From NCBI GenBank assembly GCA_021822985.1, contig JAKAPZ010000001.1:1-58326 (forward strand): 58,326 nt of DNA, in the 5' to 3' direction. Below the pieces are notes generated by a model. It had not been told where the DNA came from. It worked only from the letters and a program-made list of their open reading frames with translations, and searched no databases. Numbering within the stretch: position 1 is the stretch's first letter; the number at the start of each line of letters is the position of its first letter. Below, piece by piece: positions 38,304 through 49,305 of this stretch. The translations under genes were made by a program, and so were the position numbers. The stretch is from Thermoplasmata archaeon (GTDB lineage: Archaea; Thermoplasmatota; Thermoplasmata; Thermoplasmatales; Thermoplasmataceae).

Positions 38304-38558
38304 TTAGATCGAAACGTCAAGTCTCCCCGATATTATTTCCTCTTTCAACTTTTTTATTCTTTCCATTACCTGTCCCTCAGAGAGGCTGCATTCTAGATAT
38401 TCCATGTACAATTCAAAGGATTCCTCATTGATTTCCCTGCCGCTGTAAATTGTCACAGCTCCGCAATTCTTTGAAGCGTCAAAATTCAACCTGTATGTGC
38501 ATAACAATGTAATGTTGTGCCCCTCCATATATTCCGTATGTTTAAAAAGATCATTCAT
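38304..38558 (-). CDS. Small hypothetical protein abutting purL
   Basis: 84-aa ORF starting immediately after the purL stop. Confidence 0.65.
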   Translation of the reverse strand: MNDLFKHTEYMEGHNITLLCTYRLNFDASKNCGAVTIYSGREINEESFELYMEYLECSLSEGQVMERIKKLKEEIISGRLDVSI

Positions 38559-40871
38559 CTATATCAACCCGTCAAGCCCATGCTCCCATATATTTCTCAA
38601 ATGCGATATTTCGAGATCAATAAGTTTCTGGGCATCATTCCATATTTCTGCCTTTTTGCCAACCGTGGCCCCTATTCTTGAAATTTCCATTTCGCCAAAA
38701 ATTTTCAACACCTTTTCTACATTCTCTTCCCTGACTTCCATTATGATCCTGTTTCCTGACTCAGAATATATCTTGTTTGAAAATCTTTCGTCGGAATACC
38801 CTGAAAGATCTAATCTGAAACCAATTCCTGAACCGAAGGACATCTCAAGAATTGCAACTGAAAGCCCACCTGTGGATATGTCATGAGCAGATTCGAGGAG
38901 GGAATGTTCATTGCAATTCAATACACGTTCCTTCAATTGTAGAAGTTCTTCCAGATCAATCTTGTCCAGAGAACCTCCTGCATAACCTCTTTTTGATGCG
39001 TAAAAGCTGCCTGCAAGGTTTCCGCTTGAACTTCCAGCGACAAGTATGGCATTGTTCTCACCCTTGAACTCTGGAGTCAGGACTCTTCTGTAGTCGCTTA
39101 TTATTCCTGTCAGAAGTATATTTGGAGTTGGAGGAATATCATTTCCTTCAAGCTCATTATAGAAACTTACATTTCCTGCAACCACAGGGAGTATTGTTTT
39201 CCTGCAGAAATCACCTATTGCTTTAACGCTTTCAACAAACTGGGACATGATGTTCATTTTGTCTGGATTCCCAAAGTTCAGGGCATCTACTACGCTGTGT
39301 GGATTGCATCCCAGTGAAATGAGATTGGTGTATGATCTTGATAATGAGAAAATTGTGCCAAGATATGGATCTTCCTTCATCGCGCTTATGTTGCACCCTG
39401 ATGTGATGCCTATTCCATAATATCCATCATCTGAAACACGCATTACGGCACCATCTGAATGTGTTTCCCTGTTTGGTATGCCAACTATGGGTTTGATAAC
39501 TGTATCTCCGCGTACAGTGAAATCGTACTGCCTGATAACATTGAATTTGGAGGAATTGTTGTAATCTGAAAGGAACTGTTCGAGATCCGAATTGAAATTA
39601 TCAGGATCAGGTGGCTGAATCCAGTGCTTAATCTCATCCTTTCCGATAAAATATGGCTTCGCATATACTGGCCCGGAAGTGAGAAATTCCAGTGGAAGAT
39701 CCATGACAATTTTATCTTCGAAGTATAATTTCATCCTCTTGCCGGAAACAGATTTTCCAATCACGCTGTGATCAATATCCCACCTTTCCATGATTTCGCT
39801 GATCTTTTCAACATCTTTCTCATGCGCACTCAAAAGCATTCTTTCCTGGCTTTCACTTATCCATATTTCCCACGGTGCCATGTTTGATTCCTTAAGAAAA
39901 ACCTTATCTAGGTGTATCTCTCCGCCTGATCCGCCTGCGAGGCACATCTCGCCTGCAGCACTTGAAAGTCCCCCTCCTCCAAGATCTTTCATCCCCGATA
40001 TGAGACCTGCACTGTTTGCTTCAAGAATTGCATGAATAAGCGGTTCCTTGATAATTGGATTTCCAAGCTGTACAGCTTTCCTGTTCTCGGCTACGTCTGA
40101 TACAAGTGTTCTGGATGCAAAATTTACGCCATGTATTCCATCTCTTCCGGTTTTTCCGCCTGCGAGTATGAGTATTTCATCATTCCCTCCCACTCTGCTT
40201 CTTCGTATGTCTTTATCCTTTACTATTCCCACACATCCGGCATTTACAAGGGGAACGCCTTCAAATTCATTCCCGAAATAGAGATGCCCTGCAACAGTAG
40301 GTATTCCCACCCTGTTTCCATAATCTCTGATGCCGCCTACAACCCTGTTAACAAGAAATTTTGTATTCAGCATCCCATGTTTTTTTTCAGATTTTCCATC
40401 GCCCAGATATAGGGAATCTATGACTGCAATGGGTTGTGCTCCCATGCATAAAATATCCCTCAGTATTCCGCCAACGCCTGTTGCAGCGCCACCATAGGGT
40501 TCAATTGCACTAGGATGGTTGTGGCTTTCCATCTTAAGTGCATAATTTGTTTCTCCTTCGATCTTGACTATGCCTGCATCATCCTCCATTGCAAGCACCG
40601 TATAATCCGTCTTCAATCCGCCAAGATATTTTTTAAGATAAACCTTTGAAGACTTGTAGCAGCAATGTTCACTCCATGCCTGTCCCATTGCCTGCAGTTC
40701 TGTTTCTGTTGGCTCTCTTCCCATTTTTGAGAAATAGTGCCTGAGGCGAATCATTTCCTCAATATTCAGGGAAAGTCCCATCCCCTCACTGAGTTTTAGA
40801 AGGGATATTTGGTCGAGATCGCTTATTTTTAAAGTGCCATAAAAAGATTCCTTATGAACCTTATTCATCAT
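38559..40871 (-). CDS. purL: Phosphoribosylformylglycinamidine synthase subunit PurL
   Basis: WSEHCCYKSS, ESHNHPS, GAATGVGG, DLGGGG and SESQERM motifs. Confidence 0.96.
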   Translation of the reverse strand: MMNKVHKESFYGTLKISDLDQISLLKLSEGMGLSLNIEEMIRLRHYFSKMGREPTETELQAMGQAWSEHCCYKSSKVYLKKYLGGLKTDYTVLAMEDDAGIVKIEGETNYALKMESHNHPSAIEPYGGAATGVGGILRDILCMGAQPIAVIDSLYLGDGKSEKKHGMLNTKFLVNRVVGGIRDYGNRVGIPTVAGHLYFGNEFEGVPLVNAGCVGIVKDKDIRRSRVGGNDEILILAGGKTGRDGIHGVNFASRTLVSDVAENRKAVQLGNPIIKEPLIHAILEANSAGLISGMKDLGGGGLSSAAGEMCLAGGSGGEIHLDKVFLKESNMAPWEIWISESQERMLLSAHEKDVEKISEIMERWDIDHSVIGKSVSGKRMKLYFEDKIVMDLPLEFLTSGPVYAKPYFIGKDEIKHWIQPPDPDNFNSDLEQFLSDYNNSSKFNVIRQYDFTVRGDTVIKPIVGIPNRETHSDGAVMRVSDDGYYGIGITSGCNISAMKEDPYLGTIFSLSRSYTNLISLGCNPHSVVDALNFGNPDKMNIMSQFVESVKAIGDFCRKTILPVVAGNVSFYNELEGNDIPPTPNILLTGIISDYRRVLTPEFKGENNAILVAGSSSGNLAGSFYASKRGYAGGSLDKIDLEELLQLKERVLNCNEHSLLESAHDISTGGLSVAILEMSFGSGIGFRLDLSGYSDERFSNKIYSESGNRIIMEVREENVEKVLKIFGEMEISRIGATVGKKAEIWNDAQKLIDLEISHLRNIWEHGLDGLI

Positions 40872-41116
40872 TCGTCACCGATGATAGTTATCTCGTATTT
40901 GTTGATTACCGGATTGATTAGGAGATTTTCTGCTATTGATTTTGCCATCCCCATGGCAGTATGTGCATCTTCCGAAAACATGAACTCGTAAATCTTCATT
41001 ATTCTTGTGCCTTCTATGGTGTCATATCCCAGAACACCAAGATTGTGGTGAAGTGTGGAAGCTTCCGGATCTTCTACGCCTTCTAGATAGCTTATCTCTA
41101 TTCTGATCCTGACCAT
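40868..41116 (-). CDS. purS: FGAM synthase subunit PurS
   Basis: V.DPE, LL.NPVI..Y motifs; adjacent to purL. Confidence 0.9.
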   Translation of the reverse strand: MVRIRIEISYLEGVEDPEASTLHHNLGVLGYDTIEGTRIMKIYEFMFSEDAHTAMGMAKSIAENLLINPVINKYEITIIGDE

Positions 41117-41145
41117 ATTAACCCCTTATGATTTCTATGATTAAA

Positions 41146-41889
41146 TTACTTTACATTCTTAATGGAGTCTATTATAGGTCTCAATGTCGCTGCCACATTC
41201 TCAGATTTCTCTGCCACCGTGCCAGTTACTATTATATCGGCACCCGACACTGCAGCATTTTTTGCTGCTTCAGGTGACCTGATGCCTCCGCCCACTATGA
41301 TGGGAATTTTCACCTGGCCCTTCACTTTGCTTATCATCTCCATGCTTATAGGATAAGTGGCCCCGCTTCCTGCCTCCAGATAAATGATCCTCATCCCGAA
41401 TAATTCTGCAGTAACAGCATATTCCATTGCGTCGGTGTACTGTTCAGGGCCAATAAGCATAGCCTTGCCAACCTTTCCTACCGTCATTCCCGGTGCAAAT
41501 ACCAGATAAGCCATGGGAATTGATTCTACCCTGCTTTTCTTGACTATGATTGAAGCCTTTTTCTGGTGATCGATGATAAATTCCCTGTCTGCAGAGTTGA
41601 GGAGTGACATGAAGAAAATGGCATCTGCGTGAATGGTAAACATGCTGGATGAGCCGGGAAATATGATTACTGGAATATTGCATCTTGACTTTATTTTCTG
41701 TGTTGCCTCATCCATTTCCTTTGAAGAAAGATGTGTGCTTCCGCCTATGAGAATGTAATCGGTACCGGCTTTTTCTGCCTGTTCCGCTATAATAGCGCTT
41801 CCATCTGGTCCGGATGTGGCCGGATCTATCAGTGTCATGTGTATTTTACCAGATTCAAGTTTTTTAATCATACTTTCATAAACATTCAA
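41146..41889 (-). CDS. Geranylgeranylglyceryl phosphate synthase
   Basis: HMTLIDP, IGGS, FPG, YLEAGSGA and VGGGIR motifs. Confidence 0.93.
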   Translation of the reverse strand: MNVYESMIKKLESGKIHMTLIDPATSGPDGSAIIAEQAEKAGTDYILIGGSTHLSSKEMDEATQKIKSRCNIPVIIFPGSSSMFTIHADAIFFMSLLNSADREFIIDHQKKASIIVKKSRVESIPMAYLVFAPGMTVGKVGKAMLIGPEQYTDAMEYAVTAELFGMRIIYLEAGSGATYPISMEMISKVKGQVKIPIIVGGGIRSPEAAKNAAVSGADIIVTGTVAEKSENVAATLRPIIDSIKNVK

Positions 41890-42704
41890 AATATACCACC
41901 AACTGTGAAAGATAGCAATCCAAGCATCATTGACAATTTAGACATGTTCTGCCCTTTTTTATAATCTCTGTACTGCATTATCATAGTTAAAATAAACGAT
42001 ATGTCACAAACAATCACAACAAGGAGATAATATATGCTTAGAATGTGGAATACATAAGGAAGAATGGAAATGCATACGGTCATTATTATGAAAACAGATG
42101 AGAGATTGAGAGCTGCTTTCTTTCCGTGCATCTTTGGAAATGTGTTCCGCCCAGTGTCTCCCTCCATATCCTGAACATCCTTGATAAGCTCCCTGGAAAC
42201 GTTTGAAAGAAATGCAAGCAGAAACATAAGGAAAAGCCTCTCAGGATTGTAGAAGACAATACCCCCATACAGAAATATCGCCCCAATGAGGGCGCTGATC
42301 ATCATATTTCCTGGAAGCCCCATTTTCTTTCCCCTGTACTCGTATAATATTAAAAGGACTTCTGCAAACACCACAACAGGAAAGGAAATTAACGGAAGGA
42401 AAACTAATGATATAATGAGTGCTGCGACATAGAGTGATATATACAGGTACGTAGCAGCCTGTTTACTTACAGTGCCTGAGGGAATAGGCCTATCAGGATG
42501 ATTTATCTTGTCTATTTCTGCATCCAGAATGTCATTCATTATGTTTCCGCCTGAAAGCACGAGAAAAACTACTGATGAAGCGATGGCAACTGGGATCGGA
42601 TGGTATATTATTCCGCTCCCTATGGCAACAATGGAGGAAATTACAGTCCCTATGATGGCCATTGCAGCATTGACCGGCCTGAAAAGTCGCAAAATGGAAT
42701 TCAT
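41886..42704 (-). CDS. Digeranylgeranylglyceryl phosphate synthase (UbiA family)
   Basis: NDILDAEIDKINHPDRPIPSG and RELIKDVQDMEGD motifs; adjacent to GGGPS. Confidence 0.9.
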   Translation of the reverse strand: MNSILRLFRPVNAAMAIIGTVISSIVAIGSGIIYHPIPVAIASSVVFLVLSGGNIMNDILDAEIDKINHPDRPIPSGTVSKQAATYLYISLYVAALIISLVFLPLISFPVVVFAEVLLILYEYRGKKMGLPGNMMISALIGAIFLYGGIVFYNPERLFLMFLLAFLSNVSRELIKDVQDMEGDTGRNTFPKMHGKKAALNLSSVFIIMTVCISILPYVFHILSIYYLLVVIVCDISFILTMIMQYRDYKKGQNMSKLSMMLGLLSFTVGGIF

Positions 42705-42812
42705 CTACCACCTAATGCACGGTATTTATTTATTATTTTTGAAAAGCAGAATCTGTTTATGCGGATAACATAATAAGTGATATGTTTTTGTGGAAAGAAA
42801 CTTAATTGACAA

Positions 42813-44339
42813 TCAGAAGATTATCCTGAGCAGAAGTGTGTACAGTTTTTTCTTCGGGAATGTTGTGAAAATGAAATTCCATGTTTCCTCAGAAAATGGC
42901 CTTGTGACAATTTCCATTAATTTGTAAATCATAGCACCCAAAAATATCTCAATGACAAGTGCGTATGAGGGTATCATGCTGATTCCTATTGTGTAGTAGA
43001 ACACCTGGACGAACGCAAACATGATCAGGGAAGAAATTGTGATTTTTAAAAGAGGAACAAGATTCATCACTCCCTTCACCTCTCTCCGGAACATAATGCT
43101 GTTGATGGCAAATGAAACAATATATGTTGACGTATAGCCGAAAGCTGCCCCTTCAAGCCCGATATAGGGTATGGTAATGACTGATATGAAAAAATTAACA
43201 ATCAGTGAACTTGAACTTGATATTAGGAATACCTTTGTCTTCTTCAGCGAGTTGAGGCCCTGTGCATATATATTCGATGTGAGGAAGAATGGTATGATGA
43301 GAAGGATTGTTTCCATTGCATACTGTCCGCCCACATAACCCGGGCCTATGAAAACAAATAGGGCAAGTGGCGTGATGGATGCAAGCCCGAAGGATACGGG
43401 AAGTATCAATCCGTTCAGAAGATCTATGGAAGTTGACATTCCGTACCTGAAACTCTGCATGTCTCTTGTTCCCCTATAGTACGAAAGTTTCGTCAGTAGA
43501 ATATTGTTGAAGGGGCCCACAAGAAACAGTACAGCTGTGGAGAAAAGCAGTGCATAAGTGTAAACTCCCAGCAGTGCAACTGTAGTGAGACCTGTGACTA
43601 TGAGCCTGTCAGCGTATGCTGCACCTGTAGAGATTATCTGAGACACCAGCAGAGGAGTGGAATATTTCATTATCTGATTTTTTCCTACTTTTACCGAAGG
43701 GGCCCCGTTCATGTGCTTCATGCTGTATAAAACAAGAATGGTGCCCGCTATTGTTCCTATGAACATCGATACAAGCCAGACATAAAGTGAAAGGGTGATA
43801 TCCTGATATTTTATGGAAATTACTGCTGCCCCCATGTAATAAATGGAAAAAACAATAATATTTAGCAAGGCGGAAAGCCTGAATCTTCCAACGCCCAATA
43901 ATGAGCCACCTAATATTGAAAAAATGATCGAGAATGGGGATATGTAGGATGCTATCTGGATTAATCCGGTATAACTGGAGGTGTGAAAGAATAACTGTGA
44001 AATATCCGATGACAAAAGATAGACTGAAATGAATGATGCAAAGGCCAGCATCATGGCAAGAGGCATTATCTCCCTGAGGAAGATTCTCCTCGGATTGTCA
44101 TTATTGTCGCCCATCGATATTGATATGAAATGCTGAACTGCAAGATTCAGCCCAAAGGTAAAAATCACAGAGGAGAGAGTTATCACTGCTACAAATATCG
44201 TAATTTCACCCACGACTGAAGAATTGAAAAAATGTGATAAAACTACATAAAACAATGTGCCTGAGATCAACTGTATCCCATTTCCAAGGAATAAGAACGC
44301 TGCATCAAAGCCAATATTTCTTCGAATGTATTTTTCCAA
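42813..44339 (-). CDS. Oligosaccharide flippase (Wzx/MOP family)
   Basis: About 14 TM segments; YSTPL, DRLIV, LGVY and IGLEGAA patterns. Confidence 0.85.
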   Translation of the reverse strand: MEKYIRRNIGFDAAFLFLGNGIQLISGTLFYVVLSHFFNSSVVGEITIFVAVITLSSVIFTFGLNLAVQHFISISMGDNNDNPRRIFLREIMPLAMMLAFASFISVYLLSSDISQLFFHTSSYTGLIQIASYISPFSIIFSILGGSLLGVGRFRLSALLNIIVFSIYYMGAAVISIKYQDITLSLYVWLVSMFIGTIAGTILVLYSMKHMNGAPSVKVGKNQIMKYSTPLLVSQIISTGAAYADRLIVTGLTTVALLGVYTYALLFSTAVLFLVGPFNNILLTKLSYYRGTRDMQSFRYGMSTSIDLLNGLILPVSFGLASITPLALFVFIGPGYVGGQYAMETILLIIPFFLTSNIYAQGLNSLKKTKVFLISSSSSLIVNFFISVITIPYIGLEGAAFGYTSTYIVSFAINSIMFRREVKGVMNLVPLLKITISSLIMFAFVQVFYYTIGISMIPSYALVIEIFLGAMIYKLMEIVTRPFSEETWNFIFTTFPKKKLYTLLLRIIF

Positions 44340-44466
44340 CTGACACTGTATTTTTAAATGTTTAATATTTTTTACTGATTATGACTGATGATTGAATTAC
44401 TAAATTTTAGCTCAGAAAATTATGTACATTGAAACGTTTTAATATAGGTATAAAATCAGGAACGGA

Positions 44467-44539
44467 AGCCCTGTGGTGTAGTGGCCAAGCATTACGGGCT
44501 CTGGACCCGTCGACGGCAGTTCGAATCTGCCCAGGGCTA
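44467..44539 (+). tRNA. tRNA-Gln(CTG)
   Basis: Acceptor stem AGCCCTG/CAGGGCT (archaeal A1-U72); anticodon arm ACGGG-CT-CTG-GA-CCCGT; GTTCGAATC. Confidence 0.95.
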
Positions 44540-44609
44540 TTTTCATAAACACCATATTTTTCCCTTTTTTTATACAAAAAAAGTTTTAACTGAAAAAACA
44601 TAGTAATTC

Positions 44610-45101
44610 ATGGACAAATCCGCCGAAGATCAGAAGAATGAGAGTTTTACCACAAGATATTGTGAACTTATTGATGAAGAAATAAGTGCTGATTCTGAAT
44701 ATTTTAAATTCGAAAACCAGGTGAGGCTTGCCTTAGCATCCATAGGGCTTGCAGCATCCACTGGTACGAGAATAACCCCAATCCGTGAAATTCTTGACAT
44801 GGCAGACAAGCTGTACACAAATGTCAATGACACTGACAGCGTTCTTTCGGATGAATATCGAAAGAAGCTCAATCATGCAGATGATGTCTGGCTCGATCTT
44901 AAAGAGAAAATGTCAGCCGGGGATGTGAGGGCTTCGCATCTGCTTGCAGCCAGCACGCACCTGTTTCTTGCCCATGCTTCACTTGTTTCCATGTCTCAAA
45001 GTAAGGAATTTGGAAGCCATATCACAGGATACAGCCTGAAATATTTCCAAAAACTCGCTGTTTTCACATACAGAGAGGCTATCGGGCACCTCATGCTTTA
45101 G
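44610..45101 (+). CDS. Hypothetical all-helical protein, divergent PduO/cob(I)alamin adenosyltransferase-like
   Basis: LASIGLA, ASHL.AAST and LKYFQKLA patterns match the PduO helical spacing; the TGD.G motif is absent. Confidence 0.5.
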   Translation: MDKSAEDQKNESFTTRYCELIDEEISADSEYFKFENQVRLALASIGLAASTGTRITPIREILDMADKLYTNVNDTDSVLSDEYRKKLNHADDVWLDLKEKMSAGDVRASHLLAASTHLFLAHASLVSMSQSKEFGSHITGYSLKYFQKLAVFTYREAIGHLML

Positions 45102-45930
45102 GCAATTGGGCCACGTAATCCTCGTATTTTTTCTGTTCCTTTATGAATCTGATGACAGAACTAGATTCCCGATAATAGTCGGCCATGGCCCTGTCATAGG
45201 TTATTCTATCAATTTTCCCCTCTTCTATGAGTTTCGACCCGGTATTTCTTGCAAGAAATCCGCTCATTTCCTTCACTTCAGGCAATCCGAAATGTTTTGC
45301 ATAAATATTGATGCAATCTACAAAAGTTAACTGGGAAGCTGAATTTGTGTATATGGAACCGGATATCCCTTCGCTCTTCTTTATTGTTTCAGCAAGATCT
45401 TCTATGTGTGTAGGGCAGATCCTTCCTCCTTTTTCAAACCTGTCGAGCCCATTCCTGAGTAAAGATGCTATTGTGGATGAAAGATAATCCCCGTCTCCTC
45501 CAAAAACAAAGGAGAGCCTCACATTCAGATGATTCTTGACCAGTGCAGCGTTATCTTCCCCTGTTCTTCGGGTTCTGAAATATTCATTCTGCCCATAGTG
45601 CACATTTATCGATGAAAAATATATGAGTCTCTGATTCTTGTCTATTCTTCTAACCTCAGTGGCTACATCTTTTATTCCCTGAACATTTACAGCTAAGGAT
45701 TCTTTTGCGTCGGTTGAATATGTGCTGGCAAGGTAATAGATCACGTCATACGATTTTATGAGCGGTATCAGTTTGTCCTTTTCAGAAACGTCTCCCTGAA
45801 TCCAATTGAATCCATCGTACTCCTTTCCTTCGATCTTCTGCCTTGAATAATATGCAGTTTCCTCATGATTCATGAGTTTCATCAAATTTTTTCCTATATA
45901 CCCGCTTCCACCAATGAAGAGTGCCTTCAT
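45091..45930 (-). CDS. NAD-dependent epimerase/dehydratase family (atypical SDR)
   Basis: GGSGYIG, GDV, YFSS and R.S.VFG motifs. Confidence 0.8.
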   Translation of the reverse strand: MKALFIGGSGYIGKNLMKLMNHEETAYYSRQKIEGKEYDGFNWIQGDVSEKDKLIPLIKSYDVIYYLASTYSTDAKESLAVNVQGIKDVATEVRRIDKNQRLIYFSSINVHYGQNEYFRTRRTGEDNAALVKNHLNVRLSFVFGGDGDYLSSTIASLLRNGLDRFEKGGRICPTHIEDLAETIKKSEGISGSIYTNSASQLTFVDCINIYAKHFGLPEVKEMSGFLARNTGSKLIEEGKIDRITYDRAMADYYRESSSVIRFIKEQKKYEDYVAQLPKA

Positions 45931-46063
45931 ATGACCTTTATGCGTCACCACTAAAATATTTTTCGTGTCTTTCTATTTGAACAATTCAAACATTCCCATA
46001 AATATACACACCGAATGGTTGTTTAAGAGGAACAGTTTTATTTTAATTTAAATTACACCTGTA

Positions 46064-46609
46064 ATGACAAATCTCGTCCCATCAAAGATCTTCTTTACCA
46101 GAGGTGTAGGAAGAGATGATACTATGTTAGGTTCGTTTGAGGAAGCCCTAAGAGATGCTGGAATAGCACAATTCAATTTAGTTACAGTAAGTTCCATCTT
46201 TCCTCCTGGTGCACAGGCAATTTCAAGGGAAGAGGGACTTAAAGCTCTTGTTCCGGGACAGATTCTGTTCACTGTTTTGGCCAGAAATGCAACCAACGAA
46301 CTGAACAGGATGGTTTCTTCTGCAATTGGATACGCTATTCCAACTGACAGAAGCAGATGGGGATATCTGAGCGAACATCACAGCTTTGGCGAAACCGAGA
46401 AGAAAGCAGGATTCTTTGCAGAACAACTTGCTGCAGAGATGCTTGCCAGCACCACCGGAGAACAGGAGATGCTGAGCTGGGATAAGGAAAAGGAAGAATA
46501 CACGCTAAAGGACAGAATTCTCCAGACCAGAAATATTTGCTCTACTGCAGTTGTGCTTAAGGATGGAGAATGGACCACAACCATTGCTGCAGCGGTACTC
46601 ATAATATAA
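46064..46609 (+). CDS. pdaD: Pyruvoyl-dependent arginine decarboxylase
   Basis: [23 protein letters not shown] with the S-S cleavage site; GYLSEH. Confidence 0.92.
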   Translation: MTNLVPSKIFFTRGVGRDDTMLGSFEEALRDAGIAQFNLVTVSSIFPPGAQAISREEGLKALVPGQILFTVLARNATNELNRMVSSAIGYAIPTDRSRWGYLSEHHSFGETEKKAGFFAEQLAAEMLASTTGEQEMLSWDKEKEEYTLKDRILQTRNICSTAVVLKDGEWTTTIAAAVLII

Positions 46610-46617
46610 GGGTAAAA

Positions 46618-49305
46618 ATGTCTGAAGAAAAAATATTGCAGGATTCCTGGAATAAAAATGCAGTATTCCATGCAAATGCTGATAAAAGGAAGAAATTTTT
46701 TATTACAGTTCCCTGGCCATACACGAGTGGCCCCCCTCATGTCGGCCATGGAAGAACCTTTGCAATTGCAGACATAATTGCAAGGTACAGGAGGCTGAGA
46801 GGCTACAACGTTCTCTTCCCAATTGGATTCCATGAGAGTGGGACACCTATTGGTGCGATTTCAGACAAAATCAGGAAAGAAGACGCAAAAACACTTGAAC
46901 TTTACAGGAATTATGTCTCTGCATATGAAGACAAAAACAATGTAAACAAAATTCTTGAAACATTCAGGGAACCGGAAAATGTTGCATCATATTTTGCTGA
47001 CAGAATCAAAGAAGATTTCATAAGGCTGGGCCTTTCAGTTGACTGGAGAAGAAGTTTCAGATCTACTGACGTTTCATACAAAAGAATGGTTGAATGGCAG
47101 TTCAGGCTCCTGGATTCCCAGGCAAAGATAAAAAGGGGCAGGCATACGGTTCTTTTTTCGCCCGAAGATGGAAATCCCGTAGGAGAAGATGATATTGATG
47201 ATGGAGACACAAACAAGGTTTCAATTGAGGATTTTGTGTCGATCATATTCAGGAGTGAAAAGTTCTCTCTTGCAGCATCCAGCCTGAGGCCTGAAACGGT
47301 GTTTGGAATCACAAATCTCTGGATCAATGGAGATGCTGAATATGTTTTCATGGACTTCAACGGTGAAAAAATTGTGATGTCCGAAAAAGCTGCAGGAAAG
47401 ATCAAACTGCAGCAACCAGGCATGACTGCCAAAGGCAAAATCAGTGCGAAAGACATTCTTGCAGGAGAGTATACCGTTCCGGTTACAGGCAGGAAAATAC
47501 ATGCTTATCCTAATGAACATATAGATCCTGATCAGGCATCGGGAATTGTTTTTGCAGTCCCCGGCCATTCTGTCAGAGATCTTGAATATGACAGGATTTT
47601 TGGACTCGGGATAGATCCGGTTTACCTCATCAATGTGGACGGAAAACTTTCCAAAGCTGATGATGCACTGAAGAAACACGGTGATACTGAAACTGCAAAT
47701 TCGGAACTTTACAAAGAAGAATTCTACAGCGGCTACATGCTTGAACATCTTCCGGTCATCGGCGGAATGAAGGTCAGTGATGCCAGAGAGAAAATCAGGA
47801 ACATGCTCATTGAGGATAAATCTGCATTCCTGTTTCACGAAACGTCAAGGAAGGCGAAGACAAGAAACGGATCGCCGGTGCATGTTGCTGTTTTTGATAA
47901 CCAGTGGTTTATTGATTATTCAGATCCAAAATGGAAGGATGCAACAAGAGATGCGGTTAATTCCATGAGGTTCACTCCGGACTTCTACAAAAAGAATATG
48001 CTTGATATTGTGGACTGGATATCTTTCAGGGCTTGCGCAAGAAAGAGGGGCCTCGGCACACCGCTTCCGATGGATCCTGCATGGGTCATAGAATCCCTTT
48101 CTGATTCCACCATCTACCCTGCGTTCTATACCATATCCCATATCATCGGGGAAAGAGAACTCTCTGATGATGAGTTCAACTACATATTCCTGCAGGATAA
48201 TGCAAATGGCGTTGTATTCCCCGGGTATATAGAATCTGCAAAAAAGGAATTTTCATACTGGTATGGAGTGGATGAAAGAATTACGGCACAACCACATCTT
48301 TCGAACCATCTGATATTCTACCTGATGAACCATACTGCAATATTCAATAGAAAATACTGGCCAAAGGGCATAACCATTGCCGGTACCGTTATCTCAAATG
48401 GCGCAAAAATATCAAAAAGCAAGGGGAATGCTGTATCTCTCCTTGATATAGTGAATGCGCAGGGAGCAGATCTTTTCAGGCTTTATGTTGCAGTGAATTC
48501 TGATCCATGGTCCACACTGGACTGGAACCAGAAAGATGTTGAAATCATATCAAAGAAATATGAGGAGCTGAAAGAGCTCATCCTGAGAGCCGTCGACAAC
48601 AAAGAAAAACCTTCGGGAATACCTTATTCGATCTTTTCCTCGAGGTTCAGGATTCACCTCAGAAATTTCAGTGAAGAAATGGAAAAGTACTCCATAAGAA
48701 ACGCATATATCGAAATAGTCTATGAGATAATCAATGATCTTGCAGATCTGCGAAATATGGGTGCTGTTCCGGAAATAGCCATTTCATCAATTCTCGATCG
48801 TTGGATCCCTGCTCTTTCTTGCGTAATGCCGCATTTCTGTGAAGAAATCTGGAAAAAGATGGGAGAAGAGGGTTTTGTCAGTAATTATGAAATGGATAAA
48901 TTTGAGGTCACGCAGGAAGACGAAAAAGTTGTATCCTCACTTAAATATGTAAAAAACATAATTTCTGACATCAGGGAAATAAGGAAGGTCACAGGCATAA
49001 CTCCGGAAGGAATTGAAGTGATAATATGCAATGAAACTGAGAAAGAAGATATGAAAAAGATTCTGCATAACGATTTCAATGTCAGTGATAAAAAAATTAT
49101 ATCCATGGTGATGAAATCACGGGGGAAAATAGATCTTGATGTCGATGAAAAATATGCCCTGGAAAGCATGTCTAAATTGATAGAAACATCTGTCGGAGTG
49201 CCTCTGGAATGGAGAGAGCATAACAGAACTGATGACAGAAAGATGCCCTTTCCCGGAAAACCGGTCATAAACTTAATTGGTGGTGTGAAAAATGCAGATA
49301 GATGA
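46618..49305 (+). CDS. leuS: Leucine--tRNA ligase (archaeal type)
   Basis: PWPYTSGPPHVGH, GFHESGTPI, LRPET, R.RGLGT, IESLSDSTIY and KISKSKGN motifs. Confidence 0.95.
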   Translation: MSEEKILQDSWNKNAVFHANADKRKKFFITVPWPYTSGPPHVGHGRTFAIADIIARYRRLRGYNVLFPIGFHESGTPIGAISDKIRKEDAKTLELYRNYVSAYEDKNNVNKILETFREPENVASYFADRIKEDFIRLGLSVDWRRSFRSTDVSYKRMVEWQFRLLDSQAKIKRGRHTVLFSPEDGNPVGEDDIDDGDTNKVSIEDFVSIIFRSEKFSLAASSLRPETVFGITNLWINGDAEYVFMDFNGEKIVMSEKAAGKIKLQQPGMTAKGKISAKDILAGEYTVPVTGRKIHAYPNEHIDPDQASGIVFAVPGHSVRDLEYDRIFGLGIDPVYLINVDGKLSKADDALKKHGDTETANSELYKEEFYSGYMLEHLPVIGGMKVSDAREKIRNMLIEDKSAFLFHETSRKAKTRNGSPVHVAVFDNQWFIDYSDPKWKDATRDAVNSMRFTPDFYKKNMLDIVDWISFRACARKRGLGTPLPMDPAWVIESLSDSTIYPAFYTISHIIGERELSDDEFNYIFLQDNANGVVFPGYIESAKKEFSYWYGVDERITAQPHLSNHLIFYLMNHTAIFNRKYWPKGITIAGTVISNGAKISKSKGNAVSLLDIVNAQGADLFRLYVAVNSDPWSTLDWNQKDVEIISKKYEELKELILRAVDNKEKPSGIPYSIFSSRFRIHLRNFSEEMEKYSIRNAYIEIVYEIINDLADLRNMGAVPEIAISSILDRWIPALSCVMPHFCEEIWKKMGEEGFVSNYEMDKFEVTQEDEKVVSSLKYVKNIISDIREIRKVTGITPEGIEVIICNETEKEDMKKILHNDFNVSDKKIISMVMKSRGKIDLDVDEKYALESMSKLIETSVGVPLEWREHNRTDDRKMPFPGKPVINLIGGVKNADR

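Noticed and set aside
38559-41116. purL-purS without an adjacent purQ
   Set aside because: Scattered pur genes are common in archaea, so purQ is probably outside the window
44467-44610. tRNA-Gln as an integration site
   Set aside because: I saw no repeat of its 3' end and no mobile genes downstream
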